Origin: Macrostomum lignano
Lineage: Eukaryota
Direction: 5' to 3'
Assembly: GCA_002269645.1 (NCBI GenBank)
Contig: NIVC01002276.1
Coordinates: forward strand, 1-64,000
Length of the DNA: 64,000 bases
The position numbers and the translations under genes are program-made. The notes under the pieces are model-generated. The model saw only the letters and a program-made list of their open reading frames with translations, did no database searches and was not told where the DNA came from. Positions 45,944-57,278 of this stretch are shown here, piece after piece; the stretch's first letter is position 1; each line of letters starts with the position of its first letter.

Positions 45944-46323
45944 GCTCCCCCTACACCGACCTGCTCTCCGAGGAGATTCTGCTGATGCAGCAGTCGCAGC
46001 AGCTGGTCAGGCTTAAAATGGCCTACCTCCATCCGGCCAAGGCTGACCTCAGCTGCGCCAGGTCTGGTCATCGCAGCCAAGGAATGCTCGAGCTGTCCAT
46101 CGAGCACATTGGCGGCGCTTTCCTAGCCCTGCTGACAGGATTAGCGGCTGCCGGCGCTGCTGGCGGGATTGAACTGCTGCTCATAAACTCGGCTGCGGAT
46201 GGAGGCCGGCGAAGGCGGCTGCTAAGAGGCATGGATCGCGGATTTCAGCCAAGGAGGAGGGTCAGCGGTGCCGAATCGCTTCGGGTGAGATTGAATGGGA
46301 GGAAAGATGATACAGTTGGTTGA
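45944..46323 (+). CDS. Paralogous alternative terminal exon of the iGluR (end of S2, M4, distinct C-tail)
   Basis: Acceptor ataattgtag|gctccccctac has the same phase and start (G-SPY) as exon 13. Reads GSPYTDLLSEEILLMQQ...SC...LSIEHIGGAFLALLTG...GIELL, alignable with GSPYVDVFSETILELQK...PC...LGLEQIGGAFIILTAG...GIEFC. Open to a stop at 46323. Confidence 0.8.
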
Positions 46324-46389
46324 TGGTGCATACATTTTATGAGTAAAAGAGGAGAATACAGAAATATAGAGATAGCTTGAGTCATGGGA

Positions 46390-46835
46390 GTAAGAGACAG
46401 ACACGGAAAGATTAAAGAGACATAAAGAGAGGGATAAAAAGACACGGAAAGATTAAAGAGACATAAAGAGAGGGATTAAAAAGACACGGAGAGATTAAAG
46501 AGACAAAAAGAGAGGGATAAAAAAGACATGGGGAGATAAACGAGACAAAAAGAGAGGGATAAAAAAGACATGGGGAGAGATGAGAGACATAGAGAGAAAG
46601 AGGAGAGACGAGAGAGAGAGAGAGAGATGAGAGAGACTTAAAGAGAGATAAGAGAGACATGAAGAGAGATAAGAGACATGGAGAGAGAGAGAGGAGAGAC
46701 ATGGAAAGAGAGATGAGAGACATGGAGAGAGATAAGAGAGACATGGAGAGAGATAAGAGAGAGATGGAGAGAGAGATGAGAGACATGGAGAGAGAGATGA
46801 AAGAGGCATGTAGAGAGATAGATAAGGGAGGCATG

Positions 46836-46890
<55 letters not shown>

Positions 46891-46952
46891 AAGACATGGC
46901 GAGAGAGAGAGAGAGAAAGAGAGAGAGAGGGAGAGAGAGAGAGAGAGAGGAG
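46390..46952. repeat. GA-rich degenerate microsatellite
   Basis: gagaga/gacatg-type units with pure (GA)n stretches. Confidence 0.93.
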
Positions 46953-47020
46953 GGCACCTCCAATCTCAGGCACTGACACGGTAACGGTAGAAAGGATGGA
47001 AGAGAGTCAGTTTAATTGAA

Positions 47021-47062
47021 TTGCCGATATTTCGAAATTATTATATTTCTTCGTCAGGGCAA
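47021..47062 (-). ncRNA. Minimal type I hammerhead ribozyme in the PLE 3' region
   Basis: Minus strand UUGCC-CUGACGA-A-GAAAU-auaaua-AUUUC-GAAA-U-AUC-GGCAA: helix I, full core, helix II, palindromic AUAU helix III, AUC cleavage triplet. Confidence 0.85.
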
Positions 47063-48354
47063 GTGAAAAGTAGCGACAAGTGGCGTTGTAAAAGTTATTC
47101 AATAGGCGGGGTTAGAGGGGAGAGAGAGTAGACAGGTGGATAGAGAGCGTACGGTAAGTTACACCCTACACGCGAAATAAATGTTGGAGCGGTGCAACTG
47201 CACTGGTGTCTAAAAAGGGAATGAGTGACTCCAAGCTCTAAAGAAAATGGACCTCAATAAATAAATAAGCAGTAAATCAATAAATGAATAAATAAGGTGA
47301 AAAGGCCCTCAAAAACTGAAAAAAGAGCAATTGTACGATAAGCAAAAGAGTAAAAGTAAAAAGTGTAATAAAAATGAACAGGGTGTCAAAAAACAATAGA
47401 AATGTAGATGCAGGATAAATGCTGAGAATATACAAAAGCTGATTTTGGACTAGCGATGAGAATAAAAAAATTTCTAAGAAAGGAGCAATAAAAGGCTAGG
47501 TAGGTACCAGCACGGTCTGACAAAGCTAAGTAGCAAGGAAAGTAAAAAATCAAAAGAAAAAAATCAATCAGTGGTGGACTCCAGTCGACTGGGACAGAGC
47601 AGCTGCCGGAGGTTCCGCCCTTTGGTGTAGGAGGGCAGCACCGGGGCCTCACAGTGCCGGGCCACGCGGTCCTTCACCGCGGCCACCAGGGCGTCCGATC
47701 TCGCACAATGGGGCAGGATCAGCGGGATGGCCGGGTTATGCAGCGTGCCGGCAAGCTCGTTGACGCCGTGCGGGGCTCGAGTCTTTAACACCTCGATGAG
47801 CTTGGCCTCGTGGCGCTGCCGCCGCTCGTTTGCTCTGGGTCCCGTGCCGTCACGAGACCAGATGCCGGTGAAGGTGAAGCCCGCCAGACTGTGGCCATCA
47901 CTGGTGAAATGGCGGGCCACCGGAGTGTCACGGGCGTGCCGGATGTCGCCTATGTGCGCCAGCATGCGGCCGCGGATGCTGTTGGCGGTCTCGCCTACGT
48001 AGACCGTGTGGTTGCACCGGTGGCAGAACACGGCGTAGACGGCGTTGGTGGCGTTGCAGTCGATCCGCTGACTGATGATGAGCTGGACTGTCGTGGCTGC
48101 TGATCCGGGGCAGACGCAGGCGAACCTGGCGTGTGTCTGGCAGCACCTGCACAGCCGGGTCGGGTTGCACGGCAGGAAGCCGAACTCCCACCGTCTCGTC
48201 GGGTAGAAGCCCAGCTCCGCCAGCATCTCGTACTTAATCTTGCGCAGGAACCGCCGATTGTAGCCCTGGTGTTGCACCAGTTTTGAAAACAGCCCGGTGC
48301 ACGCTGCGTCGAAATCGGCCATCCGGGAACACTGCCGGGCGTATCTGAAGAGCT

Positions 48355-51300
48355 TAATTTATTTTTTTTCTAATTTAATTTATTTCTTAATTTATTTGCA
48401 CCAGTCTTAATTTATTTGCACCAGTCTTAATTTATTTGCACCACGGTGCAGATAAATGCCGCTACCTCCTCGTGGTGAGAGCGGAGAGCCGCGCTTAACT
48501 GCTGCGGCGGCCAAATGCGGCAGGACCAAGCGAGGGCAGCGGAGCGCGCGTCGGCGAGTCGAACGCCGTCGCGAGCGAAACTGGCGAGGTCGGCAACGTG
48601 GCGCCGCCCGCCGAGCTGCTGCTGCGCTGGCCCAATTGGATCTTCCGGGTGGCGCCGGGGACCATGAGGCTCACCAGCACCGAGCCCCAGCCGTACCAGA
48701 GGGCACGCTTCGGGTCGGGACGCTGAACTGCCGCACTCTCAAGGCCGCCTGGCAACGAGGGCTGCTGGCGAGGCTAGCGCTCGACCTCAGCTGTGATGTC
48801 ATCGCACTACAGGAGGTATCTATCAGAGCTGACCCCGGACTTCACTGTGAGGACCTGGGCGCCGGTTGGACACTCTGGTACACCTCAGCGGATGAGCGAG
48901 GACGTGGAGGAGTTGGAGCGCTGATCGGACCGAGGCTGCAGCAGAGCTGTCGCTGCGTCTCCCTGTCTTCTCGGCTGCTTCGGGTCGACGTCCGGCTTCG
49001 CGGCCGGAACGCCCGCCTGTTCTGCGCGTACGCGCCGCCTGCTACCCGCTCCGATGAGGCTCAGGCCTTCTTCGAGCAACTCTCGGTGCGGGTGGAGGAG
49101 ATGGCGCAACGTGACACAGTGGTCATTCTCGGAGACCTGAACGCAGTTCTGCGTAGGTCCGAGCGATCGCTGTTCGTGACAGCGCGCGATAACGGCAACA
49201 CCGGAGCGCTAGAGGACTTCCTGGAGAGACAGGACATGGTGTCGGCCAACACCAGATTCCGCAAGTCACCGGGCAGGCTCGCGACCTTCGTGGGCTGCAA
49301 GCGGAGGCGGCGGAACGCGCGCGGCCGGAACGCTACGCGGAGGCTGGCACAGCTCGACCACGTGCTTGTGCGCTTTCGTGAGCGCCGCCGCGTCACCAAC
49401 TGCCGCACCATTACGCCGCTGGCTCTGCGGTCCGACCATCGGCTGCTCATCTGCGACCTTCGGCTTCGGGAGCCGCTCTACCGTCCGCCAAAGCGGCCAC
49501 CGCGGCGCTACTACTGCGCGCTCAGGGACGCCGAGACGCGACGTCGCTTTGCCGGTGCCTTTGTCACTGCGCTGGGCGACAAGCGTGGAGGAGCCGAGTA
49601 CGCGGAAGTGAGCGCTGCAGTTCGAGCCGCTGCGGAGCAAGCAGTCCCGCTGATGCGACCGGCCCAGCGCGGGCAGCCGGTCTGGCAGGACGACCCCGCG
49701 ATCGACGAAGCGAGGGAAGATCTGGAGAGGCTCCGTCTGAGTGGGCGGCAAACTCGCGAGGCGGAGGAGGTTCTGGCGGCTGTCTACCTGCAGCGGCAGC
49801 AGTCCGCTGTCGATGACGCCATCCAAGCCGTCTCTGCCGCAGGGCCCGATGCCAGAGGGCGCATGGCCTGGTCCGTCATCAACACTCTGACGGGGCGAAA
49901 GCAGCGCATCGCGCTCAACCTGGCAGGCGACACTCCGGATGAGCGCAGGAACGAGCTGCGCGAGTTCTTCGCCGCCATTGTCAACGCGCCGCCCCCTCCG
50001 CTTCCAGAAAATCTGAGGCTGCCGCCGGAGACGCCGTTGCCGGCGGAGGAGAGCTTCAACGTTGCCCCAGTCAGCACAGCCGACGTTGTGAAGTTCGCTC
50101 GGCAGTCGCCGGGCGGCAAAGCGCTTGGTCCGGACGAGGTGCCCACCGAGGCGCTGCGGATCCACTGCGTGGCCACTGAGGTCGCCAGAGTGATGAACCG
50201 CGTGCTTTCCGGTGAGGTGGCGCCAAACGAATGGACCACGGCGCACATCGTCGCCATTCCAAAGAAGCCGGGCACCACCAAGCTCGAGGAGCATCGATGC
50301 ATCTGCCTACAGTCCTGCGCCGCGAAGCTGTTCAACCGCATGCTGCTATCGCGGTTACAGCCTGTGCTGGACCCGTACCTGCGGCCTGAGCAGAACGGAT
50401 TCCGGCCCCATCGCGGCACAGTGACGCAGATCCTGGCTCTTCGGCGAGTCATCGAGGAGGCGCGCATCCGCCAGTTGACCCTGATCCTGATCTTCGTCGA
50501 TTTCAGGAAGGCCTTCGACTCGGTCGTGAGGGACGCGCTCCCAGAGGTGCTCCGTGCGTACAACGTGCCAGAGCTGCTGATTTCTGCTGTCATGGCGCTG
50601 TACCACGGCACGACGGCTGCTGTCTCAACACCGGACGGCCTATCGGACTTCTTCGAGACATCCTCCGGGGTGCTCCAGGGAGATACGCTAGCGCCGTTCC
50701 TATTTATTCTGGTGCTTGACTGGGTGCTACGGACTGCTCTGCCTTCCAAAGACGACGGCTTCCTGCTGCGGCGACGCGTGGGTCGACGCCAACCGGAGAG
50801 ACGGCTCAGCGTGCTTGGCTACGCCGATGACCTCGCCCTGCTGTCATCGACCGTCGAGGGCGCCCAACGACAGCTGGATAGGCTGGTTGCCGTTGCGGCG
50901 AGCGTCGGCCTGGTGGTCAACACGCAGAAGACCGTAGTGCTATGCGTGCCGGACGACACCGAGGCTGCAATCTTCTGCCGAGGCGCTGACGGACGGGCGA
51001 GTGAGCTTCCAAGATGTCAGCAGTTCGTCTACCTCGGCGGTCTGGTTCCCGACGTCCGCGAGGGTCTGCGGCGTCGCCGAGGACTTGCCTGGGCTGCCTT
51101 TCGTTCTATAAGGTCAGTCCTGCAGTCCGAGGCCCTACCGGACCGCCAGAGGGCGGCGCTGTTCCAGGCGGTGATCGAGACCGTCCTGTTATACAACGCC
51201 GAGACCTGGACGCTGACAGACTCGCTCGAGGCTCAAGTCGACGCGGCGCACGCTGGCCTGCTGCGCGCCGCCTTCAAGATCGGCAACGAGCGAGTCACCA

Positions 51301-51616
51301 ACACGGCGCTCTATCATCGCGCCGGCCTGGCCCGTCCTAGCGATCTGCTGCGCCGTCGGCGACTCCAGCTGGCAGGCCACGTCATCCGCGCCGAGGCCTA
51401 CTGTCTGGAGCCGGTGCAGGAGGTGCTGCTACTTACGTTGCAGGCACCCTACCGGCGGGGACAGGCGAGGACTGGGCGCTACGTCGACTGTCTGCTGGCT
51501 GACGCCGGCGCCCCGGACTCTGCCGGCGGTGCGGCCTTTGTTCGCGCCCAAGCTTCGAAGCGTGCCATCTGACGCTGCTTTTGCGAACTGACAGCGTACT
51601 CTGTTGTTGTTGTTGT
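48355..51616 (+). mobile_element. Full-length RTE-type non-LTR retrotransposon
   Basis: Short AT-rich 5' UTR, single ORF, short 3' UTR, (GTT)n tail; TSD tgaagagct at 48346-48354 and 51617-51625. Confidence 0.96.
48456..51572 (+). CDS. APE endonuclease + reverse transcriptase polyprotein (1038 aa, intact)
   Basis: APE motifs GTLNCRTL, ALQEV, YAP, GDLNA, LDHVLV, SDHRLL; RT motifs QNGFRPHRGT, FVDFRKAFDSV, GVLQGDTLAPFLF, YADD, YLG; no C-terminal zinc knuckle seen. Confidence 0.97.
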   Translation: MPLPPRGESGEPRLTAAAAKCGRTKRGQRSARRRVERRRERNWRGRQRGAARRAAAALAQLDLPGGAGDHEAHQHRAPAVPEGTLRVGTLNCRTLKAAWQRGLLARLALDLSCDVIALQEVSIRADPGLHCEDLGAGWTLWYTSADERGRGGVGALIGPRLQQSCRCVSLSSRLLRVDVRLRGRNARLFCAYAPPATRSDEAQAFFEQLSVRVEEMAQRDTVVILGDLNAVLRRSERSLFVTARDNGNTGALEDFLERQDMVSANTRFRKSPGRLATFVGCKRRRRNARGRNATRRLAQLDHVLVRFRERRRVTNCRTITPLALRSDHRLLICDLRLREPLYRPPKRPPRRYYCALRDAETRRRFAGAFVTALGDKRGGAEYAEVSAAVRAAAEQAVPLMRPAQRGQPVWQDDPAIDEAREDLERLRLSGRQTREAEEVLAAVYLQRQQSAVDDAIQAVSAAGPDARGRMAWSVINTLTGRKQRIALNLAGDTPDERRNELREFFAAIVNAPPPPLPENLRLPPETPLPAEESFNVAPVSTADVVKFARQSPGGKALGPDEVPTEALRIHCVATEVARVMNRVLSGEVAPNEWTTAHIVAIPKKPGTTKLEEHRCICLQSCAAKLFNRMLLSRLQPVLDPYLRPEQNGFRPHRGTVTQILALRRVIEEARIRQLTLILIFVDFRKAFDSVVRDALPEVLRAYNVPELLISAVMALYHGTTAAVSTPDGLSDFFETSSGVLQGDTLAPFLFILVLDWVLRTALPSKDDGFLLRRRVGRRQPERRLSVLGYADDLALLSSTVEGAQRQLDRLVAVAASVGLVVNTQKTVVLCVPDDTEAAIFCRGADGRASELPRCQQFVYLGGLVPDVREGLRRRRGLAWAAFRSIRSVLQSEALPDRQRAALFQAVIETVLLYNAETWTLTDSLEAQVDAAHAGLLRAAFKIGNERVTNTALYHRAGLARPSDLLRRRRLQLAGHVIRAEAYCLEPVQEVLLLTLQAPYRRGQARTGRYVDCLLADAGAPDSAGGAAFVRAQASKRAI

Positions 51617-51926
51617 TGAAGAGCTGGGACTTCACCACGCCCCGGAACGTCCGCTTCGGGTGGAAAGAGTCGCGGTGAATGAGCGTTCGGCTGTCGGTCG
51701 GCTTGAAATACACCTTAGTTGCCAAGCGCTTAACGTCGCCCTTGCGGACCCAGAAGACGGTGGTGCCCAAAAAGACCACCTCCGTGCTGCTGTAGTTAAG
51801 TTGCAGTCTAATATTCGGGTCAAGGGCATCAAGGAGTCCGTGGAAGCGGATCAGTTCATCTTCCGTCCCGCGCCACACGCCAAAGATATCATCAATGTAG
51901 CGGAGCCACAGAGCGGGTTTCTGCGG

Positions 51927-52044
<118 letters not shown>

Positions 52045-53455
52045 AAGACATGGAGAGAGCCGCAGACAAAATAGAACGAAAGAGAAGTGTGGAGCTGCTC
52101 TCATGAAAAAGGGTAATGAAAGTAAAGTCTTAATTATTGCGTAATTATTGGGAGATAGAGTTGGGAAAAAAAATTTCAAAGTTCACATGCAGGTGTTATA
52201 CACATAGGAATCTTGGAATTTCAACAAATCTCAATGTACTCGCAATCTCACGCTAGGAAGCGAGGCTGCTTAGCTCGACACAGTTGGTCTCTGAGGACCA
52301 AGTGCAGATTGACTCTGCAGATGCTGAGGCTGAGCCTTCCGCAGTGCTGCAGCATCCTAGCAACCCAAGTGATGGCGGAACAGGCGCGCAATATTGTGTA
52401 ATGGATCATTGTCGTAGATTTACACAAGTGAACTTTGAGTCCAAGCAGACTCTTGTCTGATTGGTTTCAACACCTGCGCACTCAACAGATGAACTAAATT
52501 AAATACTTATGAGCTCACTTACGAGCTTATAAAAACCAGACAATGCAGACAAATTGACCTCATTTTTGCGTTCGTTCTCAGAACACAAAGTTTTAATAAT
52601 ATTTTATTTAGATTCAAATAGGCTCGGTAATTCTTGAACCTATAATTATTTTGATGGATTTGAGTTAGTTGTCGCAACTTTCGTGTATTTGCACTGGGGC
52701 TCCTGTCTCTGCTGGGTGTTCGTGTGTATTTTTGTATTCCTTGCTCTCTGTTCGTCCCTCTGCGTTCTGATTGGCTGTCTCTCTGTGCGCGTGTTAATTC
52801 TTTATCTCTCCACCCTGCGTCTTGGTCGCCCACCCCACTGCCAGCGCTCGTTTTTCTGTCCTTATTTTTACTACGTTTTCTCTCTCCAGCCTACTTGTTT
52901 ATGTTTTTATCTGTCTGTCCCTTTTCCCTGCGCGCACTCTTATCGATTTTCTGACCCCCTTTTGCGCTCATATAGTTTTAATATATAAGCTTTAAGGGCT
53001 GTGCCCCCATGTATTCCTGCGAAATCGTTTGCTCTCGCCAGTTCAACAAAAATGTCTTCTCAGTATAGTATGCGTTGCTAAGGTCTAAACTAACAATACA
53101 AGCTCAGTTCAGTGCGAAAAGATCTTCTAAACTTCAGCTGCTAACGTTGCTACCGTTTTACAATATTAGAAGAAATCTCTGTTTAACGAAAGCAGTAAAA
53201 GCATTCAGAAATGATGAATAGCGTGCAATGAACTCCAGGAAGTGAAGCAGTGCACATGCGGAAGCACACAATAGCTCCCATTGTTAGATGCAGCCACATC
53301 ACTATGCATTACTGTTTCGCACTATATATACGATTCTCAGTTCTCATTGGCAGTTCACAAGCAGCCTGTCTCAGTCCTAAGTCTATTGTAGCACTTCTAT
53401 AATATAATATACTGAGCTTCAGTGAGTAGGCTAGTCTCAAGCTCCTCATAGCAAC

Positions 53456-56400
53456 ATGCTCGCCACGGCCGAGATGGATCAGGAACGGCTCAATTTGGTG
53501 AACCGCTTGGCGGAGGAGGCCGTACGGATGCGTCTGCTGGTGCTGAGCCTGCGCGACGAGGAGATCGCTTTGCTGGAAAATGACTCAAAGATGCTGGACG
53601 AAGTGATGGAGAAGATCGAAGCGAATAAAAAGAAGAATTATCTGCAGAATGTCAAGTACAAGTCGAGTGAGACGTCTTGCTAATGAATTGTGTGTCAAAT
53701 ACTGAACCTTAGAATGGTACGATTAGGACTTCGGATTTCAGAATTAAGAAGTAAGGAGGATGATAAAAATAAAATTATGAATTCTCAACTGAGGGCTTAG
53801 GAATCGGGAATCATGAATTAAGAATCAGGGATCGGGTATCAGGAATCGAGAATCAAGAATCACTAATTGAGAATCGGAATCGAGAATCACTAATTGGGAA
53901 TCGGAAATCGAGAATCACTAATTGGGAATCGGGAATCGAGAATCACTAATTGGGAATCGGAAATCGAGAATCACTAATTGGGAATCGGAAATCGAGAATC
54001 ACTAATTGGGAATCGGGAATCGAGAATCACTAATTGGGAATCGGGAATCGAGAATCACTAATTGGGAATCGGAAATCGAGAATCACTAATTGGGAATCGG
54101 AAATCGAGAATCACTAATTGGGAATCGGGAATCGAGAATCACTAATTGGGAATCGGGAATCGAGAATCACTAATTGGGAATCGGAAATCGAGAATCACTA
54201 ATTGGGAATCGGGAATCGAGAATCACTAATTGGGAATCGGGAATCGAGAATCACTAATTGGGAATCGGGAATCGAGAATCACTAATTGGGAATCGGGAAT
54301 CGAGAATCACTAATTGGGAATCGGGAATCGAGAATCACTAATTGGGAATCGGGAATCGAGAATCACTAATTGGGAATCGGGAATCGAGAATCACTAATTG
54401 GGAATCGGGAATCGAGAATCACTAATTGGGAATCGGGAATCGAGAATCACTAATTGGGAATCGGGAATCGAGAATCACTAATTGGGAATCGGGAGTTGAG
54501 AATCACTAATTGGGAATCGGGAATCGAGAATCACTAATTGGGAATCGGGAATCGAGAATCACTAATTGGGAATCGGGAATCGAGAATCACTAATTGGGAA
54601 TCTGGAGTTGAGAATCACTAATTGGGAATCGGGAATCGAGAATCACTAATTGGGAATCGGGAATCGAGAATCACTAATTGGGAATCGGGAATCGGGAATC
54701 ACTAATTGGGAATCGGAAATCGAGAATCACTAATTGGGAATCGGGAATCGAGAATCACTAATTGGGAATCGGGAATCTGGAATCGAGAATCAGTAATTGG
54801 GAATTGGGAATCGGAAATCGAGAATCACTAATTGGGAATCGGGAGTCAAGGATCAGAGATGACAAATCCTTGATTAGGAATAAAATATCAACGATATTCT
54901 TTAAACGGTCTCAACCGCACGCGACAGAGAAGGCGCGCGAAGAGTTTGAGGAGCGGCAGCTCCGGTGGCGCCAGCGCGACGCCTCGGAGCCCGACTGGCG
55001 GATGGAGCTGCCGCCGCGACAACCGCAGATTCGATTGAACATGCGGCTGCTCTGGCCGGGACAAAAGTGCATCGGGCACTATAGGCAGCTTTATAGGCAG
55101 CTGATTCGAAGGCCGGAATCCAGATTGGGCGAGAAGTGCATCCAGGTAAGACGGAAGTTCAAAAGTCTGTGTAAGGACTTTTACAAACTGAGCTTAATAT
55201 CGCCGGACACAACTTCACTATTGATAGAAACTATTGAGCTGACAAATTTTAATCTTTTAAACGAATGAAGAGGTATCGTTTGCTTGTGAACCGCCCCTTA
55301 ACGAACTCCATCTACATTTGTACTTTTACACTTGCAAAACACAATGCCACTCTCCACAGTTCTAAAAAATGCTAAATTAAATGCTATATTTAAATTCCTA
55401 AATTTAAAAGGCTCTCCGGGCCCGTTTCAACAACCGCTGTCAAGACGTCGACGGCGAACTGGATAAATCAGCGAGCGGAGCTGTGGACAGGGGCGGCGTT
55501 TCAAGCCGAGAAGAGAGCGCGGACTTTCTGCAAGATCATAGGTACCTGTCTGACCTGAGCAAGGAGCTGTTTCAGACCAGCTCAAAGCAGCAGGTCTGCC
55601 ACTGGCATGCCGATAGGCAACAATTAGTGCGAACTGAGATGCAGGTAATCTATATCTATATCTATATTATAAAAATAGAATAGGAGAAAAATAAACTGAC
55701 AAGAGTTGTGTGAACTTCTACATGCGTGTCGAAAACAATGTGAGTTTTGAGCTCGCGATAAGTCAGGACCGGTTTTTAGGAGGGACTTCACTTCACTTGT
55801 GATTCCTGCAAGCTGAGACAGAGGGTTGGCGCCTTTCTATCCCTCTTCAGGCCAATCAGTGCGGCCGGCGGGACTGGCAGATTGGGGTGGTGGGGCTTGC
55901 CCAGCTAGACTGGGGGGAAGGGAGAGAGAAAGAAACTGCTCAGCCAATCAGCGAGCGCCGAGAGACATGATTTTTAAATATTGTCGATTTAACTTCGGTT
56001 GCGGACACAATATCTGCGAGTTGACACACTTAATTTGTAATTTTATCTAATCCAACACACAAAACCAAATCATTTCGTCAGGAACGGGCGGCGCACAGAA
56101 TTCTCAGTCAGATTGCGGAAACTCGCGAATCAATCCAGCACTGGCCGTCCCTACCGCCGTCTGAACGAACTCGCCAGCTCCTCGACGAATGCCGGATAAA
56201 GCGACAACGGCGAGAGACTGGGAAGTCTAACAGGTAAACAGAATTTATAACTCCTTTAATATTATGCTGCTTTAAATGGCAATTAGCTTAATTGTCTCAC
56301 ATTTTTACAGATATTCAGAAATACTCCATGTATCTATGCGCGATTCAAACTTGGCAATGCATCAGCAGCGCCAACAAACCAACAAGCCACTTAGAAAACA

Positions 56401-56935
56401 GCACCTGAAGCAGTACAACCGTCAACTAGACCGATACCTGAAACCGCTGACCGAATCAAATAAGCGATCACTTTCTCCGTTGCCTGACGATGATACGGAA
56501 GTGTCAAAAGTACACCGTCATCCTAATAGTACCTCTGTAACTAGTGATATGAAAAAGAATGACGGCGGCGACATCAAAGAGAATGACGGCGGCGACATAA
56601 AAAAGAATGACGGCGGCGAGATCAAAGAGAATGACGGCGGCGAGATCAAAGATAACGATAACGGCGGCGACTTCAAAGAGAATGACGGCGGCGAGATCAA
56701 AGAGAATAAATTAGACGGCGAGATCGAAGAGAACGATGGCAGCGAGATCCAACAGAATGACAGTGGTAAGAAGAAACCGAATGACAGCGACGACGCTAAA
56801 GGTGATGACGAGAACGAGACTGCGGTGTGGCGCGAGGTGCTGAGCTGCAAGTACATCCGAGGCTACGAGCCACCGGAGGCGCAGCTGCCAGATGAACAAT
56901 CGGCCATTGATTTTGTATTCGGCGGGGAGATTTAA
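53456..56935 (+). CDS. Uncharacterised multi-exon protein, coiled-coil N-terminus and acidic repeat near the C-terminus
   Basis: Exons about 53456-53666, about 54870-55145, 55411-55644, 56082-56233, 56311-56935. The last three junctions are GT-AG and phase-consistent; the exon 1-2 junction is unresolved. No family recognised. Confidence 0.7.
53800..54850. repeat. 28-bp minisatellite, about 1 kb
   Basis: Unit gaatcgggaatcgagaatcactaattgg. Confidence 0.97.
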
Positions 56936-57278
56936 ATGACATAATGACTGAAGAACTATTTTAAAAAGTCAAACTGAATGCTTAGAACCAAATAATTAGC
57001 TAGTGCATCGAAGATATGACCAACTGTTGCTCTTACTTGTACATGTACGTGCAAAGAGACCTTTTCTGCAAGATAAGGACAGACTATAAGCTCGTGTACT
57101 GTAACTCATAGAGTAGACATAGAAAATCTCCAGAAATAATGTGCAATCCGAACTCAAACAGCTACTGCTGATAAAATATTTTTTCGCGTGTATCCTTAAT
57201 CATAAATAAAAAGTAAGAAAAGTTTCAAAACGAATGAAAGCCGATGAGACCAGAAAAGGTTGAGCTAAGCGCTTTGAA

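Noticed and set aside
49266-50749. 342-aa and 321-aa antisense ORFs within the LINE
   Set aside because: Shadow frames of a GC-rich coding sequence; no motifs.
52690-53050. T-rich segment resembling a retroelement 3' UTR, near the PLE
   Set aside because: No intact hammerhead core, no ORF, and no similarity to the PLE UTR that I could confirm.
55648-56050. Helitron-like 5' start (tctatatctatattataaa) in an intron
   Set aside because: No 3' hairpin plus CTAG terminus could be identified.
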